Origin: Salpingoeca rosetta
Lineage: Eukaryota; Protista; Choanoflagellata
Assembly (NCBI GenBank): GCA_033442325.1
Contig: JAWQFM010000034.1
Location: forward strand, 327,431-365,199
Length of the DNA stretch: 37,769 nt
Direction of reading: 5' to 3'
Shown here: in pieces, positions 23,002-36,437 of the stretch
How the letters are laid out: each line of letters starts with the position of its first letter
How positions within the stretch are numbered: position 1 is the first letter of the stretch
Position numbers and translations under genes: made by a program
Notes under the pieces: generated by a model
Seen by the model: only the letters and a program-made list of their open reading frames with translations
Told to the model about the DNA's origin: nothing
Databases searched by the model: none

Positions 23002-25738
23002 CACGCACACGCACACACACGCACACGCACACAACTAACCCGTGCTCGAGGTATTCCATGACGAGGAGAACTTCGCTTGACTTTGTGACGATGGCGCCGA
23101 GCATGGTGGCGACGCACGGGTGACGCAGGCGCGACAACAGGCGAATCTCCGCCATGAACTCAGACCTGCGAAACAAGAACATGCAACAAACGGGTTGATG
23201 AGTAGCAGCCAGGTGATGCTTTCTCACCTCCAGCGCACCAACACACAAAGATGCACACACAAACATAAACACACACACACACACTGACAAAACAGCCATC
23301 GCACGCACTTGGCGTTGGAGATCTCCTTGCTGTGGCCGGTGCGGGCTGTTGTTGCCTTGTTTGCTTCCGCATCCTGCCACTCCAGCGCCCGCTCAATCGC
23401 TGCCTCATTGTCGACGTTGCCAAACTCCATGCCAAAGCCATTGGTTGTCTTGGATGCTTGGATGGTGCTGGTCGCGTTCATCGAGTACACGTCGACGTTG
23501 CTGCTGTCAACGGTGCTGGCACCCTTGGCACTGCGCTTGCTGCTGGCGATCCTGCCCCTCGTGCGAGTGCTGCGCCCGTTTGTGTCTGTCGTCTTCTTGG
23601 ATGATCGTGGCATGACGCGCTTGATGGCGATGGCGGTGCCGTTCAGCTCCCCCTTGATCACAACACCAAACGCGCCCATTCCGAGCACCTCGGGCGGGTC
23701 GCTCACAACAACGTCTGCCGCGTCAATCTGCCACAGCTTGTCTGCGCCTCGCCGCACCAGCGCAATGGCAATGTACACGCCGATGCCAATCACAGCCAGG
23801 GCACTGCCGATGAAGATGGGCAAATACTCCTTTGCCTGCATGCACCCGCCATTGACTTCCAGCGTACCCACGGGGCATTCGCACTTGTTGTCCTGCGTGG
23901 GCTCCATTCCATCTGGGCAGTCGCGTGGCGAGACCTGAAGCAGGAAGGGGCTTCCATCAATGGGCTGCCACTCGGTGATCTCCGTGTTGCGGTCAGCAAC
24001 ATAGATCTGCATGTGTATGTGTGTGTGTGTGCGTATGTATGTGTGTACATGCGCGCGCGTGTGTGCGTGTTTTGGGTGAGATGGGGCATCAAAGCACGAA
24101 GCGGGTGGGGGCAGATCGGTGGGTGACTCAGATTGTGAGAAGGCTCATGCAGGCGTGAAGAAATGCACATGGAGCCACTGTTCTGAATTTGCTGCGATGG
24201 CGACGCAATCACAAGTGCATGCCTGCTCACCTCAACAACGCCAGTGCCGTAGCGGGTGCCCGTGGTGTCGAATGCCGCCAGGTTTGGGATAGTGAGCAGC
24301 GGCATGGCTTCAGTGCTGACGTGCCCTCTGCTTCTGCCCAGAAGAGGCTGACAAAGTAGAACAATGTGTCCTTGTTTGGTCGCTCAAAATAGAGCTGGTC
24401 CTCCAGAACGAAGTGGAGCGTTTGCGCCTGCTGTGAAAATGCGCACACACGCATGCGCTCGCACGACGTCAACAGCACATCCCGGGCTGCCACGGCGGTG
24501 TCCTGTTGGAAGAACTGCTCCGTCACCTGCACCGGAGAAACGTGTGCCTGCAGGCAAGAAGAAGCAACCAGAGACCACAATTGAATGGTTGAATGAGCGA
24601 CGTTGGGTTGAACGAAACCAACCACAGCAAAAGAAAGCAGATGGACGCACGAAAACACGCACACAAACATGTGTGCAGGCAGTCAAGTAGATCATACACA
24701 CACTCACGCACACACGTACCAGCACAGGCGGGGACTTCTGGCATGGGCGGCAAAGGCAGCGGGCTTGATCGGGGCACGAGCGGCCGGCACAGCGGGTGGC
24801 GAGCACGACGTGGTTGTAGATGAAGTGCGTGTTTGGGCAGATGACCTGAGAGGCCACAAGCTCGCTGGTGTGCGCGTTGGAACCCGCGTCACCACCTGAA
24901 GCGGCCAACACGACGGCGCCAGGTTCGTCGATTTGCTCAGCGTGTGCTTCGCCAACATCCATCGCAACGGCGGGTGCTGCACCCTCGCTGTTCTCCGGAA
25001 CGACGACGTGGGACGCCTTGCGAACGCAGCGGGTCTCTGTCGTGCGCACAAGATCGCGCTCAATCACGCCAAAGTTCTCCTGTGTTGGTGGTTGTGATCA
25101 TGTTGGAGCGAACGTGATAGGTGGGGAATGAGTGTGTNNNNNNNNNNNNNNNNNNNNNNNNNNNNNNNNNNNNNNNNNNNNNNNNNNNNNNNNNNNNNNN
25201 NNNNNNNNNNNNNNNNNNNNNNNNNNNNNNNNNNNNNNNNNNNNNNNNNNNNNNNNNNNNNNNNNNNNNNNNNNNNNNNNNNNNNNNNNNNNNNNNNNNN
25301 NNNNNNNNNNNNNNNNNNNNNNNNNNNNNNNNNNNNNNNNNNNNNNNNNNNNNNNNNNNNNNNNNNNNNNNNNNNNNNNNNNNNNNNNNNNNNNNNNNNN
25401 NNNNNNNNNNNNNNNNNNNNNNNNNNNNNNNNNNNNNNNNNNNNNNNNNNNNNNNNNNNNTGATGGCAATCTCCTGGGCGAGGATGTCGATGTCTTCCCA
25501 GTTGAGCAGCCCGTCATGGGCGGCTTGCTCGAGGAAACCGGTTTGCACCATGCCGGCAGCAGCATCGCCAGACAGCACGGCATCAAGCACACGCTCGTGT
25601 GTGCCCTGGAACTGGATCTGTGTGTTTGAGTTGGGGCAGATGTTGCAGTGTGGTGCGGTGTTGGTGTGAGACAGGAGTGAGACAGGAGACAAGCCAGGAG
25701 GCCAATGTGCACAGGATTGCACCACACACACACACATC

Positions 25739-25821
<83 letters not shown>

Positions 25822-26246
25822 ACCGCACCTCGGCTGCGTCGTCGATGAGGTCAGTGCCAATCTTGCTGCGGTACTTGGCAAAGTTGGCGTGCGTGCTCGC
25901 AAAGTCCGTGATGGTGGTGCCGGCGATGACCTGGTCCTTGAGGTCAGACAGTGAGACAATACGGGAGTCGCGCGTGGTGAACATCACACCGCCAACGGTG
26001 TCCACAAACTTGACCTCGTCTCCTGAGTCGCCAGCGGCTGTGTAACGCAGTGAAGGTATTGCAAGAGGGGTGGAGAGTGGTAAGTTGGTCACCTTCGCGA
26101 GAAATCAAGCTGTTCGTGCGGTTGAGCAGTTTCTCAAGCGGTTGACGACGTGACACTCGCTCAGAGAGGCAAACATCTGACACTTGCTCAGAGAGGCAAA
26201 CGCAGACACACACAGACACACACACACACACATGCACACACACACA

Positions 26247-26297
<51 letters not shown>

Positions 26298-26909
26298 GCG
26301 CAGACACACAGGCACAGGCACACACACACCTGTGACGACGAGGGAGGCCAAAGCCGTTGAGAGGGGCGAATCCTTGTTCGACGTCGAGGCAAGACATGGT
26401 CTTGGTGTCGACGAGTGCATACTCCAGGGTGTCGACCTGATCCAGCAGCTCCAGTTCCGACATGCGGTGAAAGGCAAAGAGGCCGGGGATAACAGCGTTC
26501 AGGAAGTTCTCGTAGGCATCACATGCCTCTGGTGACACGGAAAATGCAAGCAAGTGTGCGTGTGTGGTGATGTGACAACGCCCAAGTCGTGGAGTTGTGG
26601 GTTCGCGAACAAGCAAGTGGAAGTGACGCAGCGACAGCGACACGCTGCAGGGGTGGGAAGGAAACCAACAAGCAAGCAAGAACACCGATGTGTTCGCACG
26701 TACACCTTTGCACGCGCACAGCCACGCACAAACACATGGAACCCACCTGGGTGAAGTGGGGAGAGGACGCAGCCGATTTGGATGCGGTACGCGGCAGGGA
26801 CCGCTGTGCCGTTCTGTTGTGCCGTGACCGGTGAGGCCGCAGTGAGGGCCGTGGCGAGCACGATCATCAGGAAGTGCAGCATGGATGCGGTGGATGTGTG
26901 TGCCATCAT
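20611..26909 (-). CDS. Receptor-type kinase-guanylyl cyclase with PhnD-like extracellular binding domain; exons 26909-26747, 26528-26330, 26037-25829, 25617-(gap), 25079-24720, 24547-24231, 24006-23309, 23165-23040, 22787-22546, 22226-20611
   Basis: GT-AG introns with compatible phases, except single-base discrepancies in exons 2 and 6. Signal peptide; PBP motifs [23 protein letters not shown] and [26 protein letters not shown]; [23 protein letters not shown]; kinase [24 protein letters not shown]; cyclase [35 protein letters not shown] (E and C specify GTP). Confidence 0.9.
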
Positions 26910-27559
26910 GTTTTGCCCGCTCTTCTTCTTGTGGAAGAGGTTGTCGTTGGCAAGAGTTGCTTGGTTGCTGTAGCCGGTATTGGGTAATTGTGGGTGATTG
27001 TCCTCACTGTGTGAGTGTGTGCTGGAGTGTGACTTCCGATGGGTGTCGAGGTGGTTGGAAAAATGTCAAAGCGCCAATGTGGGTTCGCGAACAAGCAAGT
27101 GGAAGTGACGCAGCGACAGCGACACGCTGCAGGGGTGGGAAGGAAACCAACAAGCAAGCAAGAACACCGATGTGTTCGCACGTACACCTTTGCACGCGCA
27201 CAGCCACGCACAAACACATGGAACCCACCTGGGTGAAGTGGGGAGAGGACGCAGCCGATTTGGATGCGGTACGCGGCAGGGACCGCTGTGCCGTTCTGTT
27301 GTGCCGTGACCGGTGAGGCCGCAGTGAGGGCCGTGGCGAGCACGATCATCAGGAAGTGCAGCATGGATGCGGTGGATGTGTGTGCCATCATGTTTTGCCC
27401 GCTCTTCTTCTTGTGGAAGAGGTTGTCGTTGGCAAGAGTTGCTTGGTTGCTGTAGCCGGTATTGGGTAATTGTGGGTGATTGTCCTCACTGTGTGAGTGT
27501 GTGCTGGAGTGTGACTTCCGATGGGTGTCGAGGTGGTTGGAAAAATGTCAAAGCGCCAA
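26596..27559. repeat. 482-bp tandem duplication (26596-27077 and 27078-27559) containing exon 1, its donor and the 5' flank of the cyclase gene
   Basis: The two copies read identically by eye; ATGs at 26909 and 27391 give the same [14 protein letters not shown]... sequence. Confidence 0.93.
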
Positions 27560-27609
27560 CCACCCACCAACCATCTCCCGCCTCCCTCTTGCGGTTGGCA
27601 GCCACACAA

Positions 27610-27651
<42 letters not shown>

Positions 27652-28341
27652 CCTACACGTCGCCATGACTTTCGTTCCAGCCACTGGACACGCAGCAAGG
27701 AGACAACAAAGGGAAAAACACCTTTTCCATGCGAAAAAGTTGTTGTCAGGGTCGGTTGAGCTTGGGGGTTGTCAGGGTTGGCGCTTTGGCCCACTGCAAC
27801 ACGTCTCAACATGTGTTCGTTCCCTGCGTTGCCTTGATGGCAAGGGGGCGGGCAAGGGAAGGTCCGTCAGTGGACGATGAGCGAGAGCGTGGAGTGGAAG
27901 AGTGCAATGTGGACGGGTTGCCAGAAACGCAACAACTTTCACTCAACCACGTTTTGTTTGCGAAGCGTTTTGGTCAGGGTCGTGCGTTTTTGGTTCTGCA
28001 AAAAACTGAATTCAGGACGGTGCCGAACAGTGCTGCTTGCTTTGTGCTTGCAAGCAAAAGCACAGACAGCAAACAAGCTGTTGTGCTGCGGAAGACAACC
28101 ACGACGACAATGGTGAGTGATGAGAGTCGTGGGCTCTGCGCCTCTTCTGTTGTTGCAGGCAGCCAGCTAGAGATGCACTGCAGGCAGAAGGGGCTGCGTG
28201 CGTCTCTCTCTCTCTCTCTGTGCTTTGTGTTGTCTCTGTCTTGCTCTTGAAAGATGACAACAGCAGGCGTGTGTTGCTGCGATTGTGCGTGGAGGAACAC
28301 AGACAGAAAGACAGCCTTCTTGCGTGCGGGCACGCTTCTCT

Positions 28342-28342
<1 letters not shown>

Positions 28343-28412
<70 letters not shown>

Positions 28413-28459
28413 CACACACACACACACACACACACTCACAAACATGCACAAACACACAC
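28343..28459. repeat. (CA)n microsatellite
   Basis: Direct inspection. Confidence 0.95.
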
Positions 28460-29526
28460 GCTCTCATTGAAAACAACAGGGAAGAGGCATGACAGTGGAT
28501 GTGCACGGCGCTCGCCGTCTCTCGCACACCTGTGTCGACTGACTGATGCGATGCACGTGTCACTGGCACTCTACTGCCTACACCCAAACCAGCGTCACCC
28601 TGGTGCCGCCACCACTGCCTTCAAGTAAGGTCATGGCGTTTGGAATAAATGTGGCTTGTGCATGCGTGTTGCAATGTGGGAGTGGAGTCAGGGGTAAGAG
28701 TGCTAGAGGAGAAATGGCTCGTTGAGCGCTAATGGAAGAGAACACATGTCGTTGTGCTTCTGGTGGTGATGCGAGGTGGGTTGTTAAACACAAGTGTGTG
28801 TGACGCAGAAAGGGGTTGACATGTTCTCACATCCAATTATATGCGTGACATACACATTATCCATCGTGCCATGGCGCCAAGGCGCGATACTTGTCCCCTG
28901 ATCGAGCTGCCCGCCAGATAGATGGCTCAAGTGGCGACACTCCTGCAGTGATCGCAGGTATGATAACGGACACCACCACGTTGCTTGCAGTGAGTATTGT
29001 GTGTTGTGTCAGTGTTTCTGGTGGTGAGTGAAGGTAGCCGGGCAAATACGCTGAGAGCATGGACACAGCGTGTGTTCGTTGTGAGATTTTGTCTGTTGGC
29101 GCGCTTGCTTGCATACTGATTCACCGCCGACCACACATTCGCACACCACAAACACAAGCGCGCTCCACAATGGAAACTGTGGGCAGCACGCTTGCTGCGC
29201 TTGCACCCTCAAACACGCAAGGCTGCAACCGGAGCAAATAGAGAAACAATGAGGCTTAACTGCACTGAAGAAGTGAAAGTCTCTTTCGTGGCTCCGGCTC
29301 TGACTTCTCGTATTTCTCCCTGATGAAGCACACATCAGCCCAGTGACTGCCTTGGCAGATGTGCACACTCGCTGTGAGCACTCCACAGGCCTGCAACCAA
29401 CCACAGGTACACGCACTGTGCTCTTTGGAGCTTTGGCGTGGGATGGCTCTTGCTACTTCAGGGAGCATCGCTTACACTTTGGAGAGAATCGACCACGCAG
29501 TTCACAAGATTTCGTTCTTTGAGCTC

Positions 29527-29592
29527 ACACACACACCATACACACACACGCGCGCGCGCACACACACACACACACACCCAATACACCATCGC

Positions 29593-29662
<70 letters not shown>
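29527..29662. repeat. (CA)n microsatellite with a (CG)n core
   Basis: Direct inspection. Confidence 0.9.
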
Positions 29663-29663
<1 letters not shown>

Positions 29664-30864
29664 GCTCCGGTGCGTGTGCATGTGTTGGGCTGTGCTTGGT
29701 TGATCATGAGCCGATCGTGCGTTTGCGCGAAACGCATACAACCACGATTGCGCACTCTCGTCTTTACTGACACGCCACACAAACGTTCACACTTTGCGGT
29801 TGCCGTTTGGGCTTGTCAGTTCCAAGTGGCATGACTCCATGCAAGCCAGAAGAACGACAGAGGCGGCTGCAGCCATGCCAACGCGTGCCCTCGTGTCGTT
29901 GTGACACTCGTGCTGGTTGCTGAGGCTGCCACACAATCCATCCAACCCACGCACATGAGGTAGTGTGTAGGTGAGAGAGTGTGTGTGTGCGCGCGCGTGT
30001 GTGTTTGTGTGTGTGCGCGCGTGGTGTGTGTTTGTGAGTGGTGCCCCTTCGAGGGCAAGTCCCCTGCACTTCGAACAGCGTGCGGGGGTGCTTGCGTGTT
30101 CATGCCAGTGCTCTACGTTGTCTTTCACACGCACACCGTCTTGCGTGCGTGTGTTGTGTGTTGGACTCCGCCAACCTCCTGCAACGTGCACCTGACCCTC
30201 ACAATGCCAACATGCGCGCGCGTACATGCATACACACACGCATACTCGGGCAGACGGATGCTGGGTGAATACCTCTCTCTGTCCACATCGCAACGTCGCA
30301 GCACGCGAGCAGCGATTTCATTCCACGGTCCGTTCCACAGGCAATGCGTGTACGTGTGTGTGTGTGTGTTTGTGTGTGTGCGTGTGCGTGTGTGTGTGTG
30401 TTTGTGTGTGCGTGTGTGTGTGTGTCCTCTCACGCTTTCCCTTGGTGTGCTTTGCTGCTGCAGAATCAAGACAGATGCCACCGTGTTGTGCACGAGGACA
30501 GCAAAGATTCAACAAGAAGCATGGCGTGCTGAAGCAGCAACAGCAACAGCATACACGGAAGGGGAGATCAAATGCATCATCCACTCCAACAACAACGAAC
30601 AGCAACAGATAACAGCAACAACAGCTGCAACGGCAATGGCAGTTGCGTCCCTTGAATGAACGACAACAACACACACGACAGGAAAGGAGGAGACGAAGAA
30701 GCTGAAGACCATCGACGCAGAGAGGCCGAGACAAGCACAAACACCAACACATAACGAGGACAGCAGCGGGAATCAAACCACAATCCGCCCGTTCCCTTTG
30801 ACAGCTGGCCTGGCCTGATGCAAGCACGCGTCCACGCGTCCCTTCTTCTTCATCGTCACCATCG

Positions 30865-31763
30865 TCACCATTCGCCATCCTGAGCAGCGCCACTGCCACT
30901 GCCGCCGTCTCCGCCGCTGTTGTCAGCGCGGCGTGGTGGCGGCGGTGGTGGTGGTGGAGGAGGAGGACTAGCCAACATCATGTGCTGCGCGGGAAAGACG
31001 TGTTGCTCACCGGCCGCGTTGCGCCGCACGTGTGGATGTGTGCGCAGCATCTCGCCCTGCACGCGCTGCTGCTGCCGCTCGCCCAGCGGTGGATGAGCGA
31101 TATGCCCCTGCAGCAGCGGCAGACGCAGTCCCACCACGTGCTGGCCACCATCCACAACCTGGTGGTGGAAATGATAGTGGTGGTGATGGTGGTACTGGTG
31201 GCAGTAGTGGCAGAAGCGGTGCGTTGCTGGCTGCTGCTGCTGCTGCTGCTGTTGAGCGCGCTGCTGTGGGAACGACTGGTACATCTGTAGCGGCTGCACC
31301 GTCGGCGCCAATGGCGTCATCGTCGTCATCATCATCATCTGCTCATAAACGGGAGCGAGTCCCGGATAACCAGACGGTGACATCGCGCCATGGTACTGCT
31401 GCTGAAATGGCAGTGGTGATGGGAGAAGTGGTGTACGGACCCCTTGTGGCACGTGCTGTTGCTGCTGTGGGTCGTGGGCGCGTGTACCAGCAGCTGCTGT
31501 CACCATGGGTGCATGCGGTGGCGTTGCTGCTGCTGTTGGCTGCGAGCGACGATGGCGCTGTTGGTGTTGGTGTTGGCGACTGCGCTCCCGCTCAAGAAGA
31601 TTGAGGACCAGCCAGTATTGAGGAAGGTGGCGGTGGTGGCGGCGACGGCGCATGCGGCGATGAACCGATTGAAGACCGCGCATACGCGCAGCACTCGTCT
31701 GCTGGGTTTGCATCCACGCCCGCTGCACAGGGTGCGTACACGACACAGGGTGGGTGTGAGGAA

Positions 31764-31801
<38 letters not shown>

Positions 31802-32120
31802 GTGTGTGTGCGTTGGGTGTGGGTTGTGTGTGCGTTAGTGGTGACGAAGAAACGATGGTGCAAGGGGTTGTAGACGTGCCCATGATTCACTGTTGCACAC
31901 ACGCACACACACACGCACACGCGCGCTCACACACACACACGCGCGCGCTCACACACACACACACACTCACTCACACGTGCTTCCACGACATGCATACACA
32001 TGTACATTCATGCACACACACACACATTGCGCTGCAGGCACTCACGATGCTGTAGAAGGTTGGGATGGCGTCATCCATGTCTGTGCGATTGTCGCTACTG
32101 CTGCTGTGCACAGTGAATCG
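30865..32120 (-). CDS. Hypothetical Q/H/P-rich protein, 3' exons (32120-32046 and 31722-30865)
   Basis: A 75-nt CAG/GTGAGT-bounded exon splices in frame to an acceptor at 31722, giving ...DMDDAIPTFYSI|RAWMQTQQ... Low complexity, no recognisable domain. Confidence 0.35.
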
Positions 32121-33407
32121 CTGTGACACAAGGTCGGTTGTTTACGTGAGTGCGTGCGCGTGTGAGTGTCATTGGGTGGGACCTTGGTTGCGCCTTTGCA
32201 CGGGGTTCTGTTTGGAAAATCACCCACACATACACGCGAGCGTGCATGTGGTCACACCAACCTGAAACACAATCACACGGGTGCACACAACCACACTACT
32301 TTCTCCCTTGCCTCCCTTCATCCCCCAACCTACTCGGCTTCTTCTCTCGTGCTGGTGTGCGCTGCTGTTGTGGGCGAAGATGGCTTGCGTGAGTTTTGGC
32401 GGCTGTTGGCAGGTTCGCTTTCGTATGTGCGCAACCACACGACACATTTTGTTGTTGTTTAATTCGATGCCAGGTAAATGATTCAAATTGTGATGTCAGA
32501 GGCGATTGATGCAAGCTGCTCGTGAGCTGTTGCGGGCATTGCATGAAGCAGTGCTGTGTGTGTGCATGGTCCTCACTCACAACCTCTCACCCGTATGTGT
32601 GTATGCGTGTGCGTGTGCATGTGTCCGCCGACAGGGAACATGACGTGCAGAGGAACATGGACAGGTGGGATTTGAAGGCTTGGATTGCAGCAAGCCCGAC
32701 CACCCGCAATGAGGCAGCCGCACCAGCAGCGACCAGAGACAACAGAAAACATCAACAATCAAGGTGCAAAGGACACAAACGGCAATGGTTTGGGGGAATG
32801 CAACACACCATCCGCGAACACCACGACCAGTGGCACCACGACCATGACAGCGACAGCATGATGACAGCGACAGCATGATGACAGCGACCGACAACACCAA
32901 CTGCACTGACTGCAAATATCACAGACAGAGAACACGAAAGGCGTCAATGACCAAGCCATGGCCAGAAGGACATGTGCGTGTGTGATGTGTCCATCTGAAG
33001 GACACCTGATCACACACGTCCACGGTCACCATCAACGCTGTCGACACGATCAACACCACTATCACCGCGGCCATCAGCAGCATCAGCAGCGGCAGCGGCG
33101 GCGGCGGCGGCGGCAACACGTCGGCGACTGGCACATGTGCACACGTGCGGTTTCGTGGGAACCAGGCGTGTTGGCTGAACGCGACCTCGAGCGCGGACGG
33201 GACGCAGTGATGGTGGATGCAGGACGTGCGGTGGAAGGAGTTTGTGGAGTGGCCGCGGCGTGCGCTTTGGCTCGTCCTTCTTCTGAACTAGCTCAGCACG
33301 TGGGCTTTGCTTCAGCAAGTCCTGTTTCACCATGCCCGCACACATTTGCATGGTGTCACAGCCAAGGTGAGCGTGGCAACAGCTAGACCAGTGTGTGTGC
33401 GTTGGTG

Positions 33408-33454
<47 letters not shown>

Positions 33455-34348
33455 CGCGGAGGGATAACCTCACGGTTTGCGGCTGCGAGTGAGTTTCATC
33501 TCTGCCACCGCTACCTCTCACTGTCCCATGTGGCTCTGCATTCGCAGCCAGGACATGTGTCACGCACCGCAAGCGGTATCGGCGCTACCATCAGTGTTGG
33601 CGTTGGCACCTGAGGCGGTGGTGGTGCGTCGTGCGTTGGCACCAACAGCGCCATGAGGTGGCGTGGTGCCCACAGCAGCGTCGTCACGACCGCCGCCACC
33701 AATTGCATGAGCAGCACGGCTGGCAACACCGCCACCTTAAACGGATTCGCGCGCTGAATTCACACGCAGAGAGGTGAGAAGACGGGGCGTGCATATGTAT
33801 GTGTGCGTGTGTGTATGTGTGTGTATGTGTGTGCACGTGGGCTGTGTGCGTGTGTGTGCACGTGCGTGTGCCACATGCGATGCGTTGTAAACATGATTGT
33901 TTCACTTATACCCGCCCCACGTGCGTTCCACTCCCCCCCCCCGCTTTCATGTGCCACGTGCAAGAACTCACGATTCGGGTGCGGTCCATCGTGCTCTTGT
34001 CCAGGCCACGTGCACTGCTGCAGTGTTGCGTGACCATGAGCGAAAGTGGGAATGGTTGAGTGGCGACGGTTTGGAAATGCACACCTGCAGCTCGCTTGAC
34101 CTTCTCTCGCACGACAACATCGGCAGTCGTCACATTACCTTGGGATACTGCTGCGGGCCATGTTTGCGGCAGCGCTGCTTGTCACATCAGCTGCCGTCAT
34201 CAATGTCACCTTGCTTCTCTGCATCAGGTGAGTGGGTATGAGCACATGCGAGTGAATGGAAGTGACAGAAAAGCATTGTGTGCGGGCGTGTGTTCTTGCT
34301 GGCGGCGACATGCGTTCCTTCACTTCACATCTCCCTCACGATGGTGCA

Positions 34349-34498
<150 letters not shown>

Positions 34499-34632
34499 CG
34501 TTTTTCAACCACATTCACTGTGTGCAGGAAGGGAGCATGCCATGCATTCCGTATGAGGCAGCTTGCACAAGTCATGCCATGCTGTACCTTGACTGGTGGG
34601 ACGCGAGACATGACCCAGGTATGCGTTCAGAC

Positions 34633-34644
34633 GAGAGCGAGAGA

Positions 34645-34721
<77 letters not shown>
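34633..34721. repeat. (GA)n-(TG)n compound microsatellite
   Basis: Direct inspection. Confidence 0.9.
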
Positions 34722-34723
<2 letters not shown>

Positions 34724-35748
34724 CTGGCGTTGCTTTGTGTCGTTGCGCTGTTGATGATGTGAGCGTTGGTTTTGACAACAGTAATTTAACCTCGAATCCA
34801 CCCAACAATTATTTTCACTTCATGGCGTGCTCAAGCATTCATGCTGTCTGGTAACATCTTGCTGTCCCTTGGCACGAGCAGAGCTCGTGTCTTGCGCAAC
34901 TGTCGTCATCCCCACTGCTGAGCTCACCAAGTTTCTGCACACGCGCACACGCACACAAAAACACAGAGCGAAGATCACCACCTTTGAAGCCATCGCCGAC
35001 ACCTGCCTTGTGAGTATCCATCAAGGGATTGACACACGTGTGTGTGTGTGTGTATGTATGTGTGTATGTACGTGTGTATGCACTCACACACCTTGGCCCC
35101 ATGCTTGCGAGCTGAATCAATGCCATTGCACGACGTGATGACGTTGTGAAGGCGTGGTCATCACATCATGCGATACTGCAATTCTGTTGTTGTCAGTGTT
35201 ACCACGCACATACACACACAGTGGTGACATTAGCACACACACACACATAAATGCACACTCCCACACACACAACTCATTCACACACTCACAAATGCCTGTC
35301 TTCCCCTTCCCCGGCCACAGGCAACTGCTTACCCTTGCCATGCCGCCCCCTCGCCGTGTCTGCGCCATGTGCGGTCGCGAGATTGACGTCACAAGCAGCG
35401 GCGTGCATGTGAACCAGCCGCCAGTGGTGGAGGAGTGACACGGTAACCTGCAGCAATGTGGCATGTATGGGTCATTTGGACGGCTGTTCATGTTTGTTCT
35501 GATCACCACCACCACCGCCACCCTCCTTGCCATTGCGCTGTCGCTATCGGTGCTTGCTCCTTGTTTCCTCATGCTGCGTGCCCATTATCTTGGCGGCTGG
35601 CTGCCACGACACCCCAAACCCTGTGAGCGTGCGTGTGAGCGCGGCGCCTTGTTGGTACCGCTGTTCCTGCTTTCCTCTTGCATCCTTTGTCGTTGAGTAC
35701 GACCCTCCGCTGCGCATGACCTGTGGTAAAATGGTATGCACTGTGAAT

Positions 35749-35876
35749 CGGTTTTGAGGGCACGGTACTCTGAACTCGTGGGATGGGAGCAGAAGGGCTT
35801 GAGATGAGCGGTTGTGAGGGCACGGTACTCTGAACTCGTGTGATGGAAGCAGAAGGGCTTGAGATGAGCGGTTGTG
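35749..35876. repeat. 60-bp tandem repeat, about 2.1 copies
   Basis: GAGGGCACGGTACTCTGAACTCGTG(G/T)GATGG(G/A)AGCAGAAGGGCTTGAGATGAGCGGTTGT repeated with a period of 60. Confidence 0.92.
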
Positions 35877-36437
35877 TATTGGGAGACGGTGAATGTGGAA
35901 ACAGTTCCCAAGCAATGGGTATCACAGCATACAAGCAGAGACGGAGTTGAAATAGGAGCATGTCGTGTAGCTCTGAGGACAACACAATATGCAACGTGAT
36001 GTGGTTCACCACTGTTGTGAATTCCACGTGCCTTTACTCGTTGTGTGACATATTGCTGTCACCGCACTGTCACTTGAACTCTTGAACAAACATCTGACAA
36101 TGCCCAATTCTGGTGCGCACGAACATGGGCACACGAGGGCAAGACTGAAGCGCGTCCATCCCACAAGTCATCACACGTCTGACTCTCCTCACCACAGCGA
36201 CCGTGACGCTCTCGGACTCTCATCAACCATCATCATCGTCACCACACAATTAGCTTCATCGTCGTCTGTGGTGTGATCTCGAATGATTGCGCCTCGTATA
36301 GCACCCCACACACACCCGCAGTATCCAAATGGCTGCCATCACCATCACCGCCACTTTCGCCACAAGGCTGCTGCCGCTGCCGCTGCTTCCTGCTGCTGCA
36401 TGTTACTCTTCTTTTCGTGCTGCTGCAATTGTTGCTG

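Noticed and set aside
26940-26969. RFX X-box-like GTTGTC-GTT-GGCAAG / GTTGCT half sites upstream of the cyclase ATG
   Set aside because: Imperfect palindrome in GTT-rich DNA; not distinguishable from background without genome-wide statistics
35749-35876. CRISPR-like array
   Set aside because: Adjacent tandem units with no spacers, in a eukaryotic context
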